From Pelomyxa schiedti (lineage: Eukaryota > Protista > Evosea), in NCBI GenBank assembly GCA_020536535.1, contig JAHLWZ010000359.1, positions 1 to 64,000 on the forward strand: a DNA stretch of 64,000 nt, written 5' to 3'. Both the position numbers and the translations under genes were made by a program. Below are positions 38,074-51,654 of the stretch, piece by piece. Below the pieces are notes generated by a model. That model worked only from the letters and a program-made list of their open reading frames with translations, was not told the DNA's origin and ran no database searches. How positions within the stretch are numbered: position 1 is the stretch's first letter; every line of letters starts with the position of its first letter.

Positions 38074-41000
38074 TTACTGTTGAAGTGTTGCATGGAACCC
38101 CACAAGGTGCTCAGTAATTAGAGGTTTAGGATTCGCCAGCTTTATGAGTGAGGCGGGGTACTGGACTACAACAACGACTGGCCTGTCCACAAGCGAATTG
38201 CCTACGGTCTGAAGTGGCAGGTGCAACTCCCCGACAATGTCCATCACAGGCGCACCAAATGTCAGCAGGAAGGTGGCGTGCTCGCTGGTTATCTCCGACA
38301 GCCTCACGCTCACGTTGGCGGTGTTGCACCACACCACCACGATCTCGCTGGCCAGCTCGTTGGCGATGACCCACGGGTGGTACATGGAATCCGCCGGGGA
38401 CACCGGTGGGCCGGCGTTCTGGTAGGCGTACGGGGCCAGCGTCGGCGAGACGAGCTGGAACTCCGCCGTCGACGTGTGAGGCGGCAGGAACACGGCGGCC
38501 GGCTGCGACGGTGGCGGCGACTGCGTCGACGGGATCTGCTGCTGGTGCTGGTGCTGGTGCGGGGGTGCGGAGTGGCTGGGATTGTTGTTGTTGCTGCTAT
38601 TATGGGATGAGGTGCTGCTGCTGGGGTGGGGGAGGACGTTGATGCTGGTGCCGGATAAGATGGTACCGCGCTTGACGTGCGTGCAGCGAATTGGGGGATT
38701 GAGTGCGCTTTTGACGGAAGTGTGGCCGGGGTGATTGTTGCTGTTGGTGAAGCTGGTGTTGGTGTGGACTGAATGGGTAACTTCAGGGGCGAATGCACTG
38801 CCAGAGAAGCTGCTGCTGCTACTGCTGCCGTTGTTGTTGCTGTTGTTGTTGTTGGTATGAGGCACTGGCGTGATGGAATTTGGAAGTGCTGGGGAGGGGG
38901 CTGGGGTGTGGTGAGGAGTGTGAATGTGGGATGATGAGTGGCGCAGAGACGATACCGACATTGTATCTGGCTCTGATGAGAGGGGGTGAGAACGGGAGTG
39001 CGGGAGTGCGGGAATCGACATATATTAATGAAATGAATAATTTAAATCACCTGCGGTATCTGGGAGAAGATCAGAACAAAATTCACTTTGGGCCTCAAGT
39101 TCGTCTATATAGGTATCATCCTTTTTTTTTTTCTTTAGCATTTTGTGCCTGATTGGAAATGCAGAACTTACTTGAAGAGTATTAAAGTATCTTGTGTCTC
39201 CTTCCCCTCGGAGATGAGGTACGATTGGGGGAGTCTGATTTCGTATCACTTATCAAGTGAAGGAGATACACATATGGGGGAAAAAAAGACAAAAAAGAAT
39301 AAGGATACTGCACCATTTGACATCCTTGAAGAAGGCGTGCTGCTTCACTGCACAAGCGCCATGAACAGATCCCAGTCTTTTTGAAGGCTCCGCTGCCAGT
39401 AGCTTCTTGATAATATCTTTGGCATTTCTTGAAAGCTGGAATAACAGTTAGAAGGGCTTAGGGAAAAAGGGAAAGTCTAAACTGGGTAGAGGGGTTCATG
39501 GAATTTAATGCACCCGCTCAGAATTTGAGAAAAAGTGTCCTCTTTACTCTGCCCACGGAAGGGTGTAGTACCACACTGGAGGACTCAGGTCAGAAATGGC
39601 ATATCTTGTATGGAAAGGAAACCATCATCTCGTAAAGTAAAATTCCAAATGTCCACCTGTACTAAGACATTTAATTGCGAAAAAAAGCACTTCTTTGCAT
39701 ACCAATCAACTGAACTTGTGTGTCCATAGCCCACAATAACTTCTGGGGCAATATACTCGTGTAAGAGTAAAGGGCAACAAAACGAGAAAAAAAGAAATCA
39801 AAATGAAAAGGATATCTCAGTGCCCACAAACGAGTTGGAAACAATTCCTGGATCCGTGGCAATAAGTGTTTGAGAGAAAATCTTCTTCACAAGCTGGGGA
39901 AAAAAGGATGGTGAATCATAATATATCAGAAAAGAGTCAGGTACTCACTTTGGGGGTAGGTTGAACAGCGGCCTGCTTGGATAAATCAAAATCCGTTAAC
40001 ACAACATGGCCACTCCCTTGCAGTAGAATATTTTCTGGCTTCAAATCTATACAACAAGAGACAGCATTTAGGGAGACAAATATAAAACCAACACAAAAAC
40101 CTCGGTAAATGAATCTGTTTTGTGTAAGGAACAAAATTCCTAAATATTAATATAGGATGAGACATACCCTAGCATATGCAGGTATTCCAGGGCCAGTAAC
40201 ACCTCAGCTGCATAGAATCGTGCTGCGTCCTCTGCAAGGCTTTGAGAGTGTTTCAACAAAAGTCTAGAAGAAACCTGGTAAACATTTTCCTCTTTGTCTT
40301 TGTAGTGCCTGGAAGAATTCACCTCCGGCACAATATTCCATTACAAAATATAAACAGTTTGTTGTCTTAAAGAATGAGGGGAAATAAGGCAATGAGTATC
40401 TGGTGTACTTGGAAAGACCAGAAAAGGGTTATCACAAATGGGTGCTTTGCTGTATGAAGAAGCTCTCGCTCTGTATGAACTCGTTTCACCTGAAAGAAAT
40501 CAGAGAAACGCTGTTATACCACAATCGCACTTTATTTTTGGCTATCATATCAGCCTTGGGGAGAATTTTCATGGCATATAATTGCCCAGTAGAAATATGC
40601 TGAACCAAGTATCTAAAAAGATCGTTAAAAATATATAGAAGTTGTTAGTTTAATGATTAAAGCAAAGAAAAAGAGACATGCACCCTGCCAACATCCCCCT
40701 TTCCCAATAGTTTAATACGCTTAAAGTCCTTGTAAGAAGTTTGATCATTTGTTTCTATGGATTATGAAAGAAGGTCAAAGTTGGGCTGTCTCACTTGCAA
40801 AATCTTGGTGGCTAAGGGATGCAGGAGAAACAGAACGTGAAGGTGGATGGCTGTTGGATCCAGATAAGATTGGTGATTGAGATGGCTGTGCCACATTCCA
40901 AGGTGATAAAGGAGAGAATGATGAGGCTGGAATAGATTGGTAAAGGGTTTTAGCGGAATTCTGGGAAGCAAGTTGCCTAGCGGGATCGATAACTGTACTA

Positions 41001-42526
41001 TTACGCAATAGTGGTTGTTGCGGATGGTGTGTGTGGTTTGCTTGCATATGGTGGTGCATTTGATTGTGTTGGTTTTCCCCCGAGTGGTGCTCCGGGTCAC
41101 CTGGTAGAGAGTACACTTGATTTTGTAGTGCCTGATGTTGGGCATAAAACTGCGCCATTGTTTCCAAAACATGGCTGTTACTCATTCCCTTTGGTGATTT
41201 GGGTATTGGAATTTGTATATCAGGGGGTGGTGAAGGCGACCCCTTTTTCTGATGCAAAGTTGTGGCTAGCACGCCAACGTCGGCAGCTGTCAATGACGAC
41301 TGTTGTCTCTTGAGGTTCTTGGAATGACTATGGCTTCTTCTGGATTCTGCAGAACGTGACCGTGACCTTGATCGAGAAGGGGAGGATTTGGATCGGGAAC
41401 GTGAGCGAGAGCGAGAAGAAGAAGGGGTCCTAGAACGGAAATGGGACTTGGATCGTGAGTGAGACCTAGACCTGGATTTGGACCTAGAACGAGAGCGAGA
41501 ACGAGACTTTGAGTGAGAGCGGCGCCTAGACCTGGAATGTGACACCCGCGACCTGGACCGTGACCGCGACCTCGATCTCGATCTAGACTTTGACCTGGAC
41601 CTGGAGCGAGAGCTGGAGCTGGAGGACTTGGACTTTGACTTTGCCTTGATCTTTGGCGAATGGGCGTGCGAGTGGTGGCCGCTGGGGCCGCCGCTTCCGC
41701 CGCCGTGGTTGCGGGTAGTAGCAGCAACTATAATGTCGGCCGGCGACTCGGGGCTCGAGTGCAGCGACGGCCTGGCGGGGGTCGAGGGCTGTGGGGGGCT
41801 GGCCGCGCCGGAGCGGTCCTGCCTGGGCAGAGCGGGCGAGGACGGCGGCAGCGGCGGCGGCGAGGCCGAGACCGCCTGGGCCGGCGGGGAAGGCGCCGGC
41901 GACAGCCCCGCGGCGGCCTCGTTGGAGGGCGGCTCGCTCCGCTGCTGCTGCTGGTGATGGCGGTGGTGGTGCTGGTGCGGCTGCTGCTGCTGGTCGGGCT
42001 GCGGGGGGCTGTGGGAAACGGGGGGGCTGTGGTCGGCGGGGACGGCCGCGGTGGCCGCGTCGTAGCCGTTCTCGGTGGGCTGTTGCTGCTGGAGGTGGTG
42101 GGAGGTCGGCGGTGTCGGCTTCTGCGGCGACGGGATGAAAATGGTGTGCGAGGATGTGGACAGGCTGCCCCCGCTGTTGTTCGACGTTGTTTTCTTTTGC
42201 GGCTTTGGTTCGGCGGCGGCGGCAGCAGTTTCCCCGGCCCTGGCCGAAGACGACGACCCCGAGTGGTGCGACTGATGGTGCGCGTGCGATTCGCACTCGA
42301 TTTCTGGGCTCTTCTCCTTGTTGTTGTTGGTGGTGGTGGTTCCGCCGTCGTTGCTTTCGTCCTCCTTGTTCTTGTCCTTGGCTGCGTGGTGGTGGTGATG
42401 GTGGTGCGAAGACGACGCGACGAGGTCGGGCGACGGCGCGTCGGCTACAAGGTGGGGTACGGCTTTGCTGCTCGACCGCAGCGGCGACGTAGAGCCGTTG
42501 TTGTTGCCGCTTTCTGCGCCTTTCAT
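38074..42526 (-). CDS. AGC kinase of the DFD type (Fpk1/Kin82/Nrc-2, plant AGCVIII-like) with RS/His-rich N-terminus and probable long C-terminal extension
   Basis: [68 protein letters not shown]. Whether ORF 38074-39021 joins through an intron is inferred; otherwise the gene stops at 39025. Confidence 0.85.
41350..41640 (-). repeat. Degenerate hexamer repeat encoding an Arg-Ser (RS) tract of ~90 aa in the AGC kinase
   Basis: Translation [44 protein letters not shown]... Confidence 0.9.
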
Positions 42527-42812
42527 AGTCGTATGTATCGCGCTGGTGAACGAACGAACGAAAGGAAGCAGGCAGCTCACTCGGCAAAAATTGTGCTTTG
42601 AGCGAAAAACCACCGCCGCCACTACGCCGCGCGAAGTGGAAAACAATTCCGCTTGATTTGATGATTCGAACATCGGAAACCATCTTCTTTCTGGGTCCTT
42701 CCAGAAGATCACTACTCTAGAAGGTACTAGATGGAACACGTTTTAGGTGGGTGGCTTTCGCAACACATGTTGGAGTTGTGAGATAGTAGCAGTAGCAGAA
42801 GGGGTTCTCTTG

Positions 42813-44936
42813 TCACACGTAGGTGCAGTTGTTGTTGGGCACGTTGCTCCAAGGGGTCCATTGATCGTGGAATTGTGCCGGGTCGCAGGTGGAATCGGTG
42901 CGGTGTGTGGTGTATAGGTCCGGCAGGCAGTCAATTTGTTGCTCTTTGAAGGTTCGTAGGAGTGCTGCTGTTGTGCCGGGATACTCGCGATTGTGTTAGA
43001 GAATTGAAAGTGCACTTGTGGGGTTTATGTTTGTTTTTTGTTTGCTGTTGGTGGGTTTTTTTTTTTTTTTTTTGTTCTTACCTCGTTTGCTAAGTTAGTT
43101 GTTTCGTTGGGGTCTTCCTCGATGTTGAACAGCCACAGTCCTTGTGTTGGAAGTGGAGGTACATCAGGCTCGGGTGGTATAAATCCGGCAGGGGGTAACC
43201 TTGGAGTTCCAGCAAATGCCACAGAGCCTTTCACTGAGCTTTCAATTATGAGTTTCCATTTTCCAACCCTGATTGCACCATGTGAAAGCCCGTCAGATTG
43301 TGGTGGCATATTGAAAATAACACTGTCTCTTGGTGGAATAGTTCCTTGCGTGAGAGAATTCCATTGGTCCACACCATCAATTTCAAAGGATGGAGAGGGC
43401 AAATTTGCTGCAGTGAGAAGGGATGGCATCCAATCCACAACGTGGAATAGGTTGTTGTTGATAGAACCAGTTAAGGAAGGAGAAATATTAGATCCAGGAC
43501 CACTTAGGAAGGCAGGAACACGTATTCCTCCTTCCCAGTTAGAGGTCTTATTGCCTCGGAGTGGGTAATTGTTAGCCCCAGCACTGTTGGCTCCTCCATT
43601 GTCTGAGGAAAAAATAAGAATGGTGTTATTCCACATCCCATTCGCTTTCAGGGCATCTGTGACATTTTTAATGGCTTGATCCATGGCAGTTATCATTCCC
43701 GCCATTAAACGCCGGTTCCTGTACACATGAGAGTTGAGTTGCGCACTTTATTGTTAGCAATAACATGTCATCTATTGCATTGTATGGCTCAGTAAACTCC
43801 TTTGGCACTTCCAATGGATCGTGCACAGACTATTGCGTCTTATGTCATTGGAGTTGGAGGATTTTTTTAAAAAAAAAACCTGAAAGCTCAGGAATAAGAA
43901 GAGCCCACCATTTCCATAATTCTTCGAGTGCTCTTGTATAAGTCTAACAGATTCAGCACTCAAAAGGTACGTCGAATACACTCCATCACAATTTAGAGCC
44001 ACGGGAGAAAGTACATTAGGTTTAGACCCGTTTCTGAAATCATAACCTAGAAATTGTAAGGCATGATTGGTCTCAGAATTCTAGGTACCAGAAAAGCCGC
44101 CATCCTGGGATATGTGAGAATAATAAGTTTCATCACTGGAAAGATAGCCCAGAAATGAATCAAATCCTCTTTTTGTACTTCAAAAAACCTGAACCCACTG
44201 CAGGAAACAAGATACCTAAATGTTGGGGTATACCGTTCATCACAAAAGCCTAAATGCCACTAGTACTAAAATGAGGGTGGAAGACACTGTGAGACATCAT
44301 CAACATACTTTTCCAACGAGATGAGTCCTGTAGCCACCACTGTGAAGTAATTCTGGAAGGAAAGCATGTTGACTAGGCATAGCATATGGAAAACTAGTCT
44401 GTGAATCTGAGATGGCTTCTAATCGAGGGGAAGGCAGTAATACCTTAATTACATATGGTCCAAGTCCCGTATGGGAAGGGTACCGCGAGGTCATTAGTGC
44501 TCCCCTTGTTGGTGAACACCTATGGGTCACTGGAATAAGAAATGCGAAAGGGAGGTTTCATTCAAAAAAGTCTCAATTGAATTGGGAGAGTGCATTGTTT
44601 GGGCATAGTGCTGTTCCAATCTTATTCCAGAATAAGCCAGTTCATCCAGTGTAGGGGTAGCTATCACGTTATTAGTAGTGACGCCTTCCACTTGGTGATA
44701 TCCCACGTCATTCCATCCAAGGTCTTGAAAAATTCAGAGTTGCAAAATATAGAACACAAGTTGTAAACCCAAAGTACCAAAAAAAAAAAAACCGAAGCAC
44801 CACACGCAAAGAGCAACTTCACAAACAAAGACGGGGAAAACAAGGCACCATCGGCTACTACTAGAACCAAGTTGGGCAATTGTGCACAATAGCTGCAAAC
44901 CACAACGAAGACGAGAACCCCGAAACAACGCCACAT
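42813..44936 (-). CDS. Secreted/lysosomal arylsulfatase (ARSB-like, Cys-type)
   Basis: Signal peptide; PNLVLVVAD-DLGWNDVG, CSPTRGALMT (CxPxR), GKWHLG, FSSDNGG, PLRGNKTSNWEGGIRVP, DGVDQW, LFNIEEDPNE, C-terminal CDP...WTPW. Confidence 0.92.
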
Positions 44937-45289
44937 TGCGGCAGCGATGAAAGTTTTTCGCGCCAACTTGGCTTCTCTCTCCAATCTTAATCTCGGATCG
45001 ATTCCGAGTCTTGTGATTGCAGGATTGGTGGTGTCGAGTCTGTGTATGAGAGTACCGAGGTGGACGCTCAGGTTCTAGGTCTCCCACACCAATTTCGGAA
45101 TTGCTTTCGGTGAGGATGCCAAAACGATCTTCATAAAAAAAAAAAAAGAACCTCGACGGTAGTGACCGGTCCCGTCTTCCGCGACACCGACTCGACTTGG
45201 GGAAAAGCAGGTACTAACAATGGCGAGATCTGATCTACGCTCGCTACGACGTCGTGCCAATGTAACGCACACAGACAGATCATCGTTGG

Positions 45290-48200
45290 ATGAACGTGGC
45301 CAGTACTACGTCGACAGGGTGGACACCGCAACCTGAGGGTCTCCACAGACTCCTTGAGTTGTTGAGGAATGTGCCAAATCCAAGTTTTCAACAACAGATA
45401 AAACAAGTGCGTTTCACCACCACATCACAAAAACAAATGAGCAAAACAAAAGTCTCAACACGAAAGGTGGTGGGGTGAATTGTGTTGGCAATTCCCAGTT
45501 GTCATCGAAAATATTCCTCTGCTCCCATTGGCATCATTTCACTACTCTGAATGGTCCTGAAACAACACTAATCACTGCGAAATCCAGGACTTTGAAAACC
45601 TTAAACAACACCCTGAATGGGGGAACTACTTGTTGTTTGTCATGACCAACTGCACTACAGAACCAGAGCACGTGAGGCAGGTGGCTGGTCTTCTACTTAA
45701 GAACTATTTATGGACAAATACCAACGTGTATGCACTGAGCCATCACCAGTTTTTTATTTATTGGTACCAATTTATATACAGGCCTCATCTCATACAAGCA
45801 GTAAAAGAAAACATCCTTGTAGCACTGAAGGACCCCAAGTGGTCAGTTGTTTGTTCTGCGGCCAGTATTATCTCAGCGGTAATTCGTAAGGAAGGACTTG
45901 CTGGTATTGGAAACTCTCTTACTGTATCAATACCAATTTCCTTTTGTTTTTCAGCATGGAACACTTTACTTCCATGTCTATATCAGCAACTTTCAAGCAC
46001 TGACAACACCTTTCTGTCGAGTATTCTTTACACTCTTGCCATTTTGTGTGAGGTGCATCTCTGGCTCTTTTTTTTGTTTGTTGTTACGAGAAGGATTAAG
46101 AAGCAAACAGGATTATAGTGTGGAAATGGACAAACCTGAAATTGGCCAACCAGCTTCCTATCTTATTCCTAAATTCATCGAACTTTTCAAACATCCCGAA
46201 GGTTGTGTCATATTCTACATTCCCTCTCTAATCGTTGATCAGAAAAAGTACGGCATTTAGCGCTCCGTTGTATAAGTGAATTTCTACCTTCTATGCCATC
46301 TTCAATGACAACCAATTTGCCTCCTTTTCTTCCGGTTTCTCATTTCGTAGTTTTAAGTACTTCTTATATCACTAGGCTCTATTTGCGCTTGCAACGGACC
46401 AAGCCCCTAAAATTCGACAAAAAGTGTGTCGTGCAATTGTAACAATCACAGAACAGCATGTCAGTATTCTAGCACCACATATGGCTGACATTGTCAGATA
46501 TATGTTGTATTCAACACAAGTATGTTCCTCTCGGAAGACACACTTTTTTTTTACCTAAAGTAGGATGCTAACTTGAGTGTTGCTGTTGAAGCTTGTGAAT
46601 TTTGGCAGGCTATAGCTTCCTCTAGAATGTGTATAGACTCACTCAAAGAATTTCTTCCCACGTGTGCATCGGGTACTGAAGTATCACAGTGATAATTTTT
46701 CCCTGTAGGCTTTTACCTGTACTGCTGAACAAAATGGTGTACACCGAGGCAGATATTACACAGATTGAGGCTGAAGATGACAATAGGTATCCAAGTATCG
46801 ACGTCCTTGACATTTACCTAATGGTGTAAATCAGTCAGACACCTGATAAACCGCAAGACATTAAACCAAGGTTCAGGCACACCAAAGGGTATATTCCTCC
46901 ACACAAGATTTCTACTTTATTGACTCTATTTTTTTAGTACCTTGATTGATGAGGGGGACGAGGATGGGGCAACTGATGACTATGGTGAGCCCTCCGACTG
47001 GACCATCAGAAAATGTAGCGCCGCTGGTCTTGACACGCTTTCAAATGTGTTCAAGGACGACCTGTTGCCTCCTTTACTTCCTCTTATTCAACAGACTTTA
47101 AGTCCACAAATGACTTGGCAAGGTTAAACTCTTGAAGTACAGGGATCCCACTTATTGGAGTAGTTATTGAAAGTGGAATTCTTGCTATTGGAGCGATCGC
47201 TGAAGGCTGTCTTAATGGACTGTCCCCGCACTTGCCAATACTACTTCCTTTCCTCTTGAATTTCATGAGCCATCCACAACCATTAATACGAAGCATTTCT
47301 TGTTGGACACTGAGCAGATACTCTCGATGGATAGTTGTAGATGCCCAAAAAGTGGGTCATGATAAGCATCTTAGACCACTAATGGGAGGTCTTCTTCAAT
47401 GCATCCATGACACATCCAAACGTGTGCAAGAGGCAGCTTGCAGGTTGCCCCTCGTTCCCCGACACGAATTCTGAGCTTTGCCTAGTGCGTTTGCAACCTT
47501 GGAAGAGGAAGCACAAGTCGAGTTGGTTGTTTATCTGAAACCAATTGTCGAGAACTTGATGCAGGCCTTCAAGAAGTACCAAGCAAAAAATTTAATGAGT
47601 ACTTGGAAGCGAAAACAACAAACACACTCTATTCAAACTTTGCAACTAATATTCTCTATTAGTATTGTATGATGCTATAGGAACCTTAGCTGATGCTGTG
47701 GGGTCCGAACTGAATACTGATGAATACAAGTCCCTTCTTTTGGGGCCTTTATTTGAAAAGTGGAATGCTCTTGGTGATAGTGACAAGTAAAACCCACCCT
47801 AAGTACCCTACCCCTCATTTGTTACAGGGCGTTGTTCCCGTTACTAGAATGTTTAACATCAGTTGCTGTGGCCCTTGGACAAGGTTTCCAAAACTTTGCC
47901 CTACCCGTGTTCCGCCGTTGTTTGCAGATTATAGAGTCCGTCTTACTTCTATTTGTGGTGTGAACTCGTATCTTTTATGTAATCTAACTTTTATTGTAGG
48001 TTGCCCAAACCGACTCTCACAAAGACTACCCTGACACGGAACTCATCGTTTGCTCGTTGGACCTATTGGGTGGGTTGTTTGAAGGTCTCCAGCAAAACAT
48101 TGCCCCTCTCTGCACAAATAGCAACATTGTGCCACTTGTATTCCAGTGCTTGAAGGTCTCTATAACGATTAGCTCCCTCTTATTAACTCGGAATTTACAG

Positions 48201-49016
48201 TTACGAGCAGCTGATGTGAGACAGAGTGCGACTGCCATAGTGGGAGATTTGGCCAAGTATGTGTATGGAATGCTTGAACCTGGGTTACCAGAGATTTTAC
48301 CCTTGCTTGCTGAGAACCTCAACCCACGTAACCTCATACACGTGCCAGTTTAGACTAATTTAATGCAGAGTATATCAATGTGTGCAACAATACAAGTTGG
48401 GCGATTGGTGAAATCGCCCTCAAGTACCAAGGAAACATGAGGCCGTTCGTACCCTCCATAATTCCGCGGTTAATTCCAATTATCTGCCGGTCCCGTTTAA
48501 ATAAGTGAGTCTCACAAGAATAAAAAGCCTCCCTCAGCACTATTTTAGGATAATGAGAGAGAATGTTGCTATCTGTATGTGTAGGATTGCGCAAGTTGCC
48601 CCTGATCTCGTTGCTACGCAAATTACTGATTTCTTACCAGTTTGTAACTCTACTCCCTGTTTTTGTAATAATGTCTACAAGTTCCTCTGCCTCGTTCTTC
48701 GTGCCATGCGCGAAGATGCAGAAAAGGAATCCGCCTATACCGGACTATATCTGTTGGTGTCTACCAATCCTAAGGGGTCACTGCAGTACCTAGTTTACGT
48801 CTGTGATGCGTTTTGCGCCCATCGGCCTCAGAACAACAAGTTGCTTCTACAATATGGTCAACTGCTGCACTTCCTCAAGGCACAGATGACCCCACAAGAC
48901 TGGGAAACAGCGAAGAGTGCATTTCCTCCTCAACTCAGTCAGGTACTTATCTCCGTCGGAAAATTAACATTACTCACTTGCCCTAGGTTTTGGGGGAGAT
49001 ATTTGATTTGAGATAA
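45290..49016 (+). CDS. TNPO1: Transportin-1 / karyopherin beta2
   Basis: WTPQPEGL start, [16 protein letters not shown], acidic loop, [58 protein letters not shown]. Confidence 0.95.
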
Positions 49017-49268
49017 ACTCCCGTCTTCTGCTTAACACATTGTTGCGCACCGCACTGATACTCTGCTGTTCAATGCAATTCGATTCAATTTTTGTTGTGT
49101 GTGTCTGTGTTTTTTGTGTGAAAATATCCTATATGTTTCCCTTGTCCTTTTTCTTAGAGGTAATAAAATTAGAGCCTGAGGGACTGAGGCTCAGTTGCAG
49201 AAATCGGGCATCACTTGCATAGAACAGATTCGAAATCAAATTAAAGCCACCGCACGCGAGGCTCATCG

Positions 49269-51519
49269 ATGTTGTCCATTGACGGTAGTCGCGATTCCGG
49301 AGAGGACGTTAGATCAGAGAATGGTGTGTGAGAGTCGTCGGTTGTTGTTTTTTATTATTTTTTTCTTTCTGGGCGGGGATGGAGTTGGTTTTTGTTGCTC
49401 TTTTAATGGGCCGTTCTCCTCGCAGTCACTGCTGCTATTGCAATTGCAAATGTCGTGAAGAGTTCGTTTGGACCTGTGGGATTGGATAAAATGATTGTGG
49501 ACGATATTGGCGACGTGACTATCACTAATGACGGTGCTACGATTTTACGGCTTCTGGAAGTTGAGCACCCAGCTGCCAAGGTGTTTGCTTGCTGTTTGCG
49601 GCCTTTTTGGAAAGAAAACCAACCAATTTCAAGGTATTGGTGGAACTTGCCGATCTTCAAGATAAAGAAGTTGGCGATGGCACAACATCAGTGGTTCTTG
49701 TTGCTGCTGAACTTCTTAGGGTATGCCGGGTTGTTTTGGTTCCACAATAACCAGTGAAGAGGGCCAACGAGCTTGTGAAACGCAGGATTCACCCTACCTC
49801 TGTGATTGCTGGTTACAGACTTGCAGCGCAAGAGGCTTGCAAGTATCTTCAAACAGTCTTATCTTTGAAGGTGCCTATGACTCGACCCCTTCATAATTTT
49901 TGCAAACAAAATGAACAAATTCAGATAGATGCACTTCCCAAAGACACACTCATGAATGCAGCAAGGACATCAATGGCCTCAAAAATCATTGGCAATGATG
50001 ATGCCACTTTCTTTTCACACATCGCTGTGGAAGCCTTGTTGAGAGTGAAAAGAATAGATGAGAAGGGAACTGTCAAGTACTCGAACTTTATCCCTACTCT
50101 TTTCTCAATACTTTTGACCAGGTATCCTGTCAAGTCCGTAAACATTTTAAAGGCACATGGAAAGAGTGCAAAGGAATCCGTTATGGTTCCTGGGTATGCT
50201 CTCAATTGCACAGTTGCGTCCCAAGGTAGCACTCTGCTAAACATTTCTTGTTCTTATTGATCCTTTCAGCCATGCCCAAGCGAATTGCAAATGCCAAAGT
50301 GGCTTGTGTGGACTTTAACCTCAACAAAGAGCGAATGCCCATGGGTGTTGAGGTACTCATCACTGACCCAAACAAGCTGAATGATGTCCAACTCAAGTAG
50401 CATCCATCTCTGTTACAATGTTCTCACGACAGTGTAGGGAAGCCAACATCACCAGGGAACGAATTGGGATGATTTTGCGAACAGGAGCCAATGTTATCCT
50501 CACCACAAAAGGAATAGATGATATGTGTATGAAGTATTTTGTTGAGGCCGGTGCCATGGCTGTAAGACGAGTGAAGAAGGAGGATCTTAGAAGGATAGCC
50601 AAAGCCACTGGAGGTGCATATGCCTATTTTATGTTTCCTCGTCTTACGGTACTCAGCAACCATTCAGTTGACTATGGCAAATATGGAGGGTGGCGAGTCT
50701 TTTGATGTTAGCAGTCTTGGCGTCTGTGACGAGGTAATCCAAGAGAGAGTCGCCGACGACGAATTGCTATTATTCCGCGGAGCTAAGATGAAGTCATCAT
50801 CAATCATTTTGAGAGGAGCAAATTCCTTCCTTCTTGATGAAATGGAGCGGTAAACAACCCTAAGTTCCTCAAGCTTCTAAATCCTGGGTAGATCCATTCA
50901 TGACGCCTTGTGCATTGTCAAGAGGACTCTAGAGTCGAGCACACTCGTTGTAGGTGGTGGAGCTGTTGATACAGCGCTGTCCATTTATCTGGAATCATTT
51001 GCACGAACACTGGTACTTTTCTTCAGCGGAACTACTTACCGGGTGCGACTAACGTTTGTACCCAGGGTTCTCGGGAACAAGCCGCTGTGCACGAATTTGC
51101 CGAGGCATTGCTGGTTATTCCAAAGACCCTTGCAGTGAATGCCGCCTGTGTAAGTGGACCTACCCTTTTTATACAACTCTTTCCTCGAAGCACCCCGCAC
51201 TCTAAACCAAATCAATCTCAACACCAACAACCACCGTTCCTCATTTACCCAACAGGATTCCATGGAACTGGTGTCGCAGCTTCGCGCGCATCACTACGCC
51301 TCACAAACAGACAAAACCAAAGTGGCAATGGCACACGACGGCCTGGACCTAGTCAATGGAGCCGTTCGCAACAACCTAGAAGCCGGCGTTGTTGAGCCCG
51401 CAGTCAGCAAAGTCAAGTGCCTCAAGTTTGCCACTGAAGCCGCCATCACAATCCTAAGAATCGACGACGTAATCAAATTGTCACCCAAACCAGAACCCCA
51501 AAGAGAGGAGGACTACTAA
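49269..51519 (+). CDS. TCP1: T-complex protein 1 subunit alpha (CCT1)
   Basis: [67 protein letters not shown]. Confidence 0.97.
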
Positions 51520-51654
51520 ACAAAAACAACAACAAAAAAAAAACAAGGAGAGCCACAACCACTTGACTTTTTCTTTCTTTTTCTGTTGTTGGTTCGTGTC
51601 CTTTGAAATCACATTGAGGGCAGAATTAGAAAATAGAACGGACCATACAGAAAG

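Noticed and set aside
41583-42683. Long overlapping or antisense ORFs in GC-rich regions (also 612-1211, 18315-19103, 38126-38798)
   Set aside because: Shadow frames of GC-rich low-complexity coding DNA with few stop codons; no domain signal.
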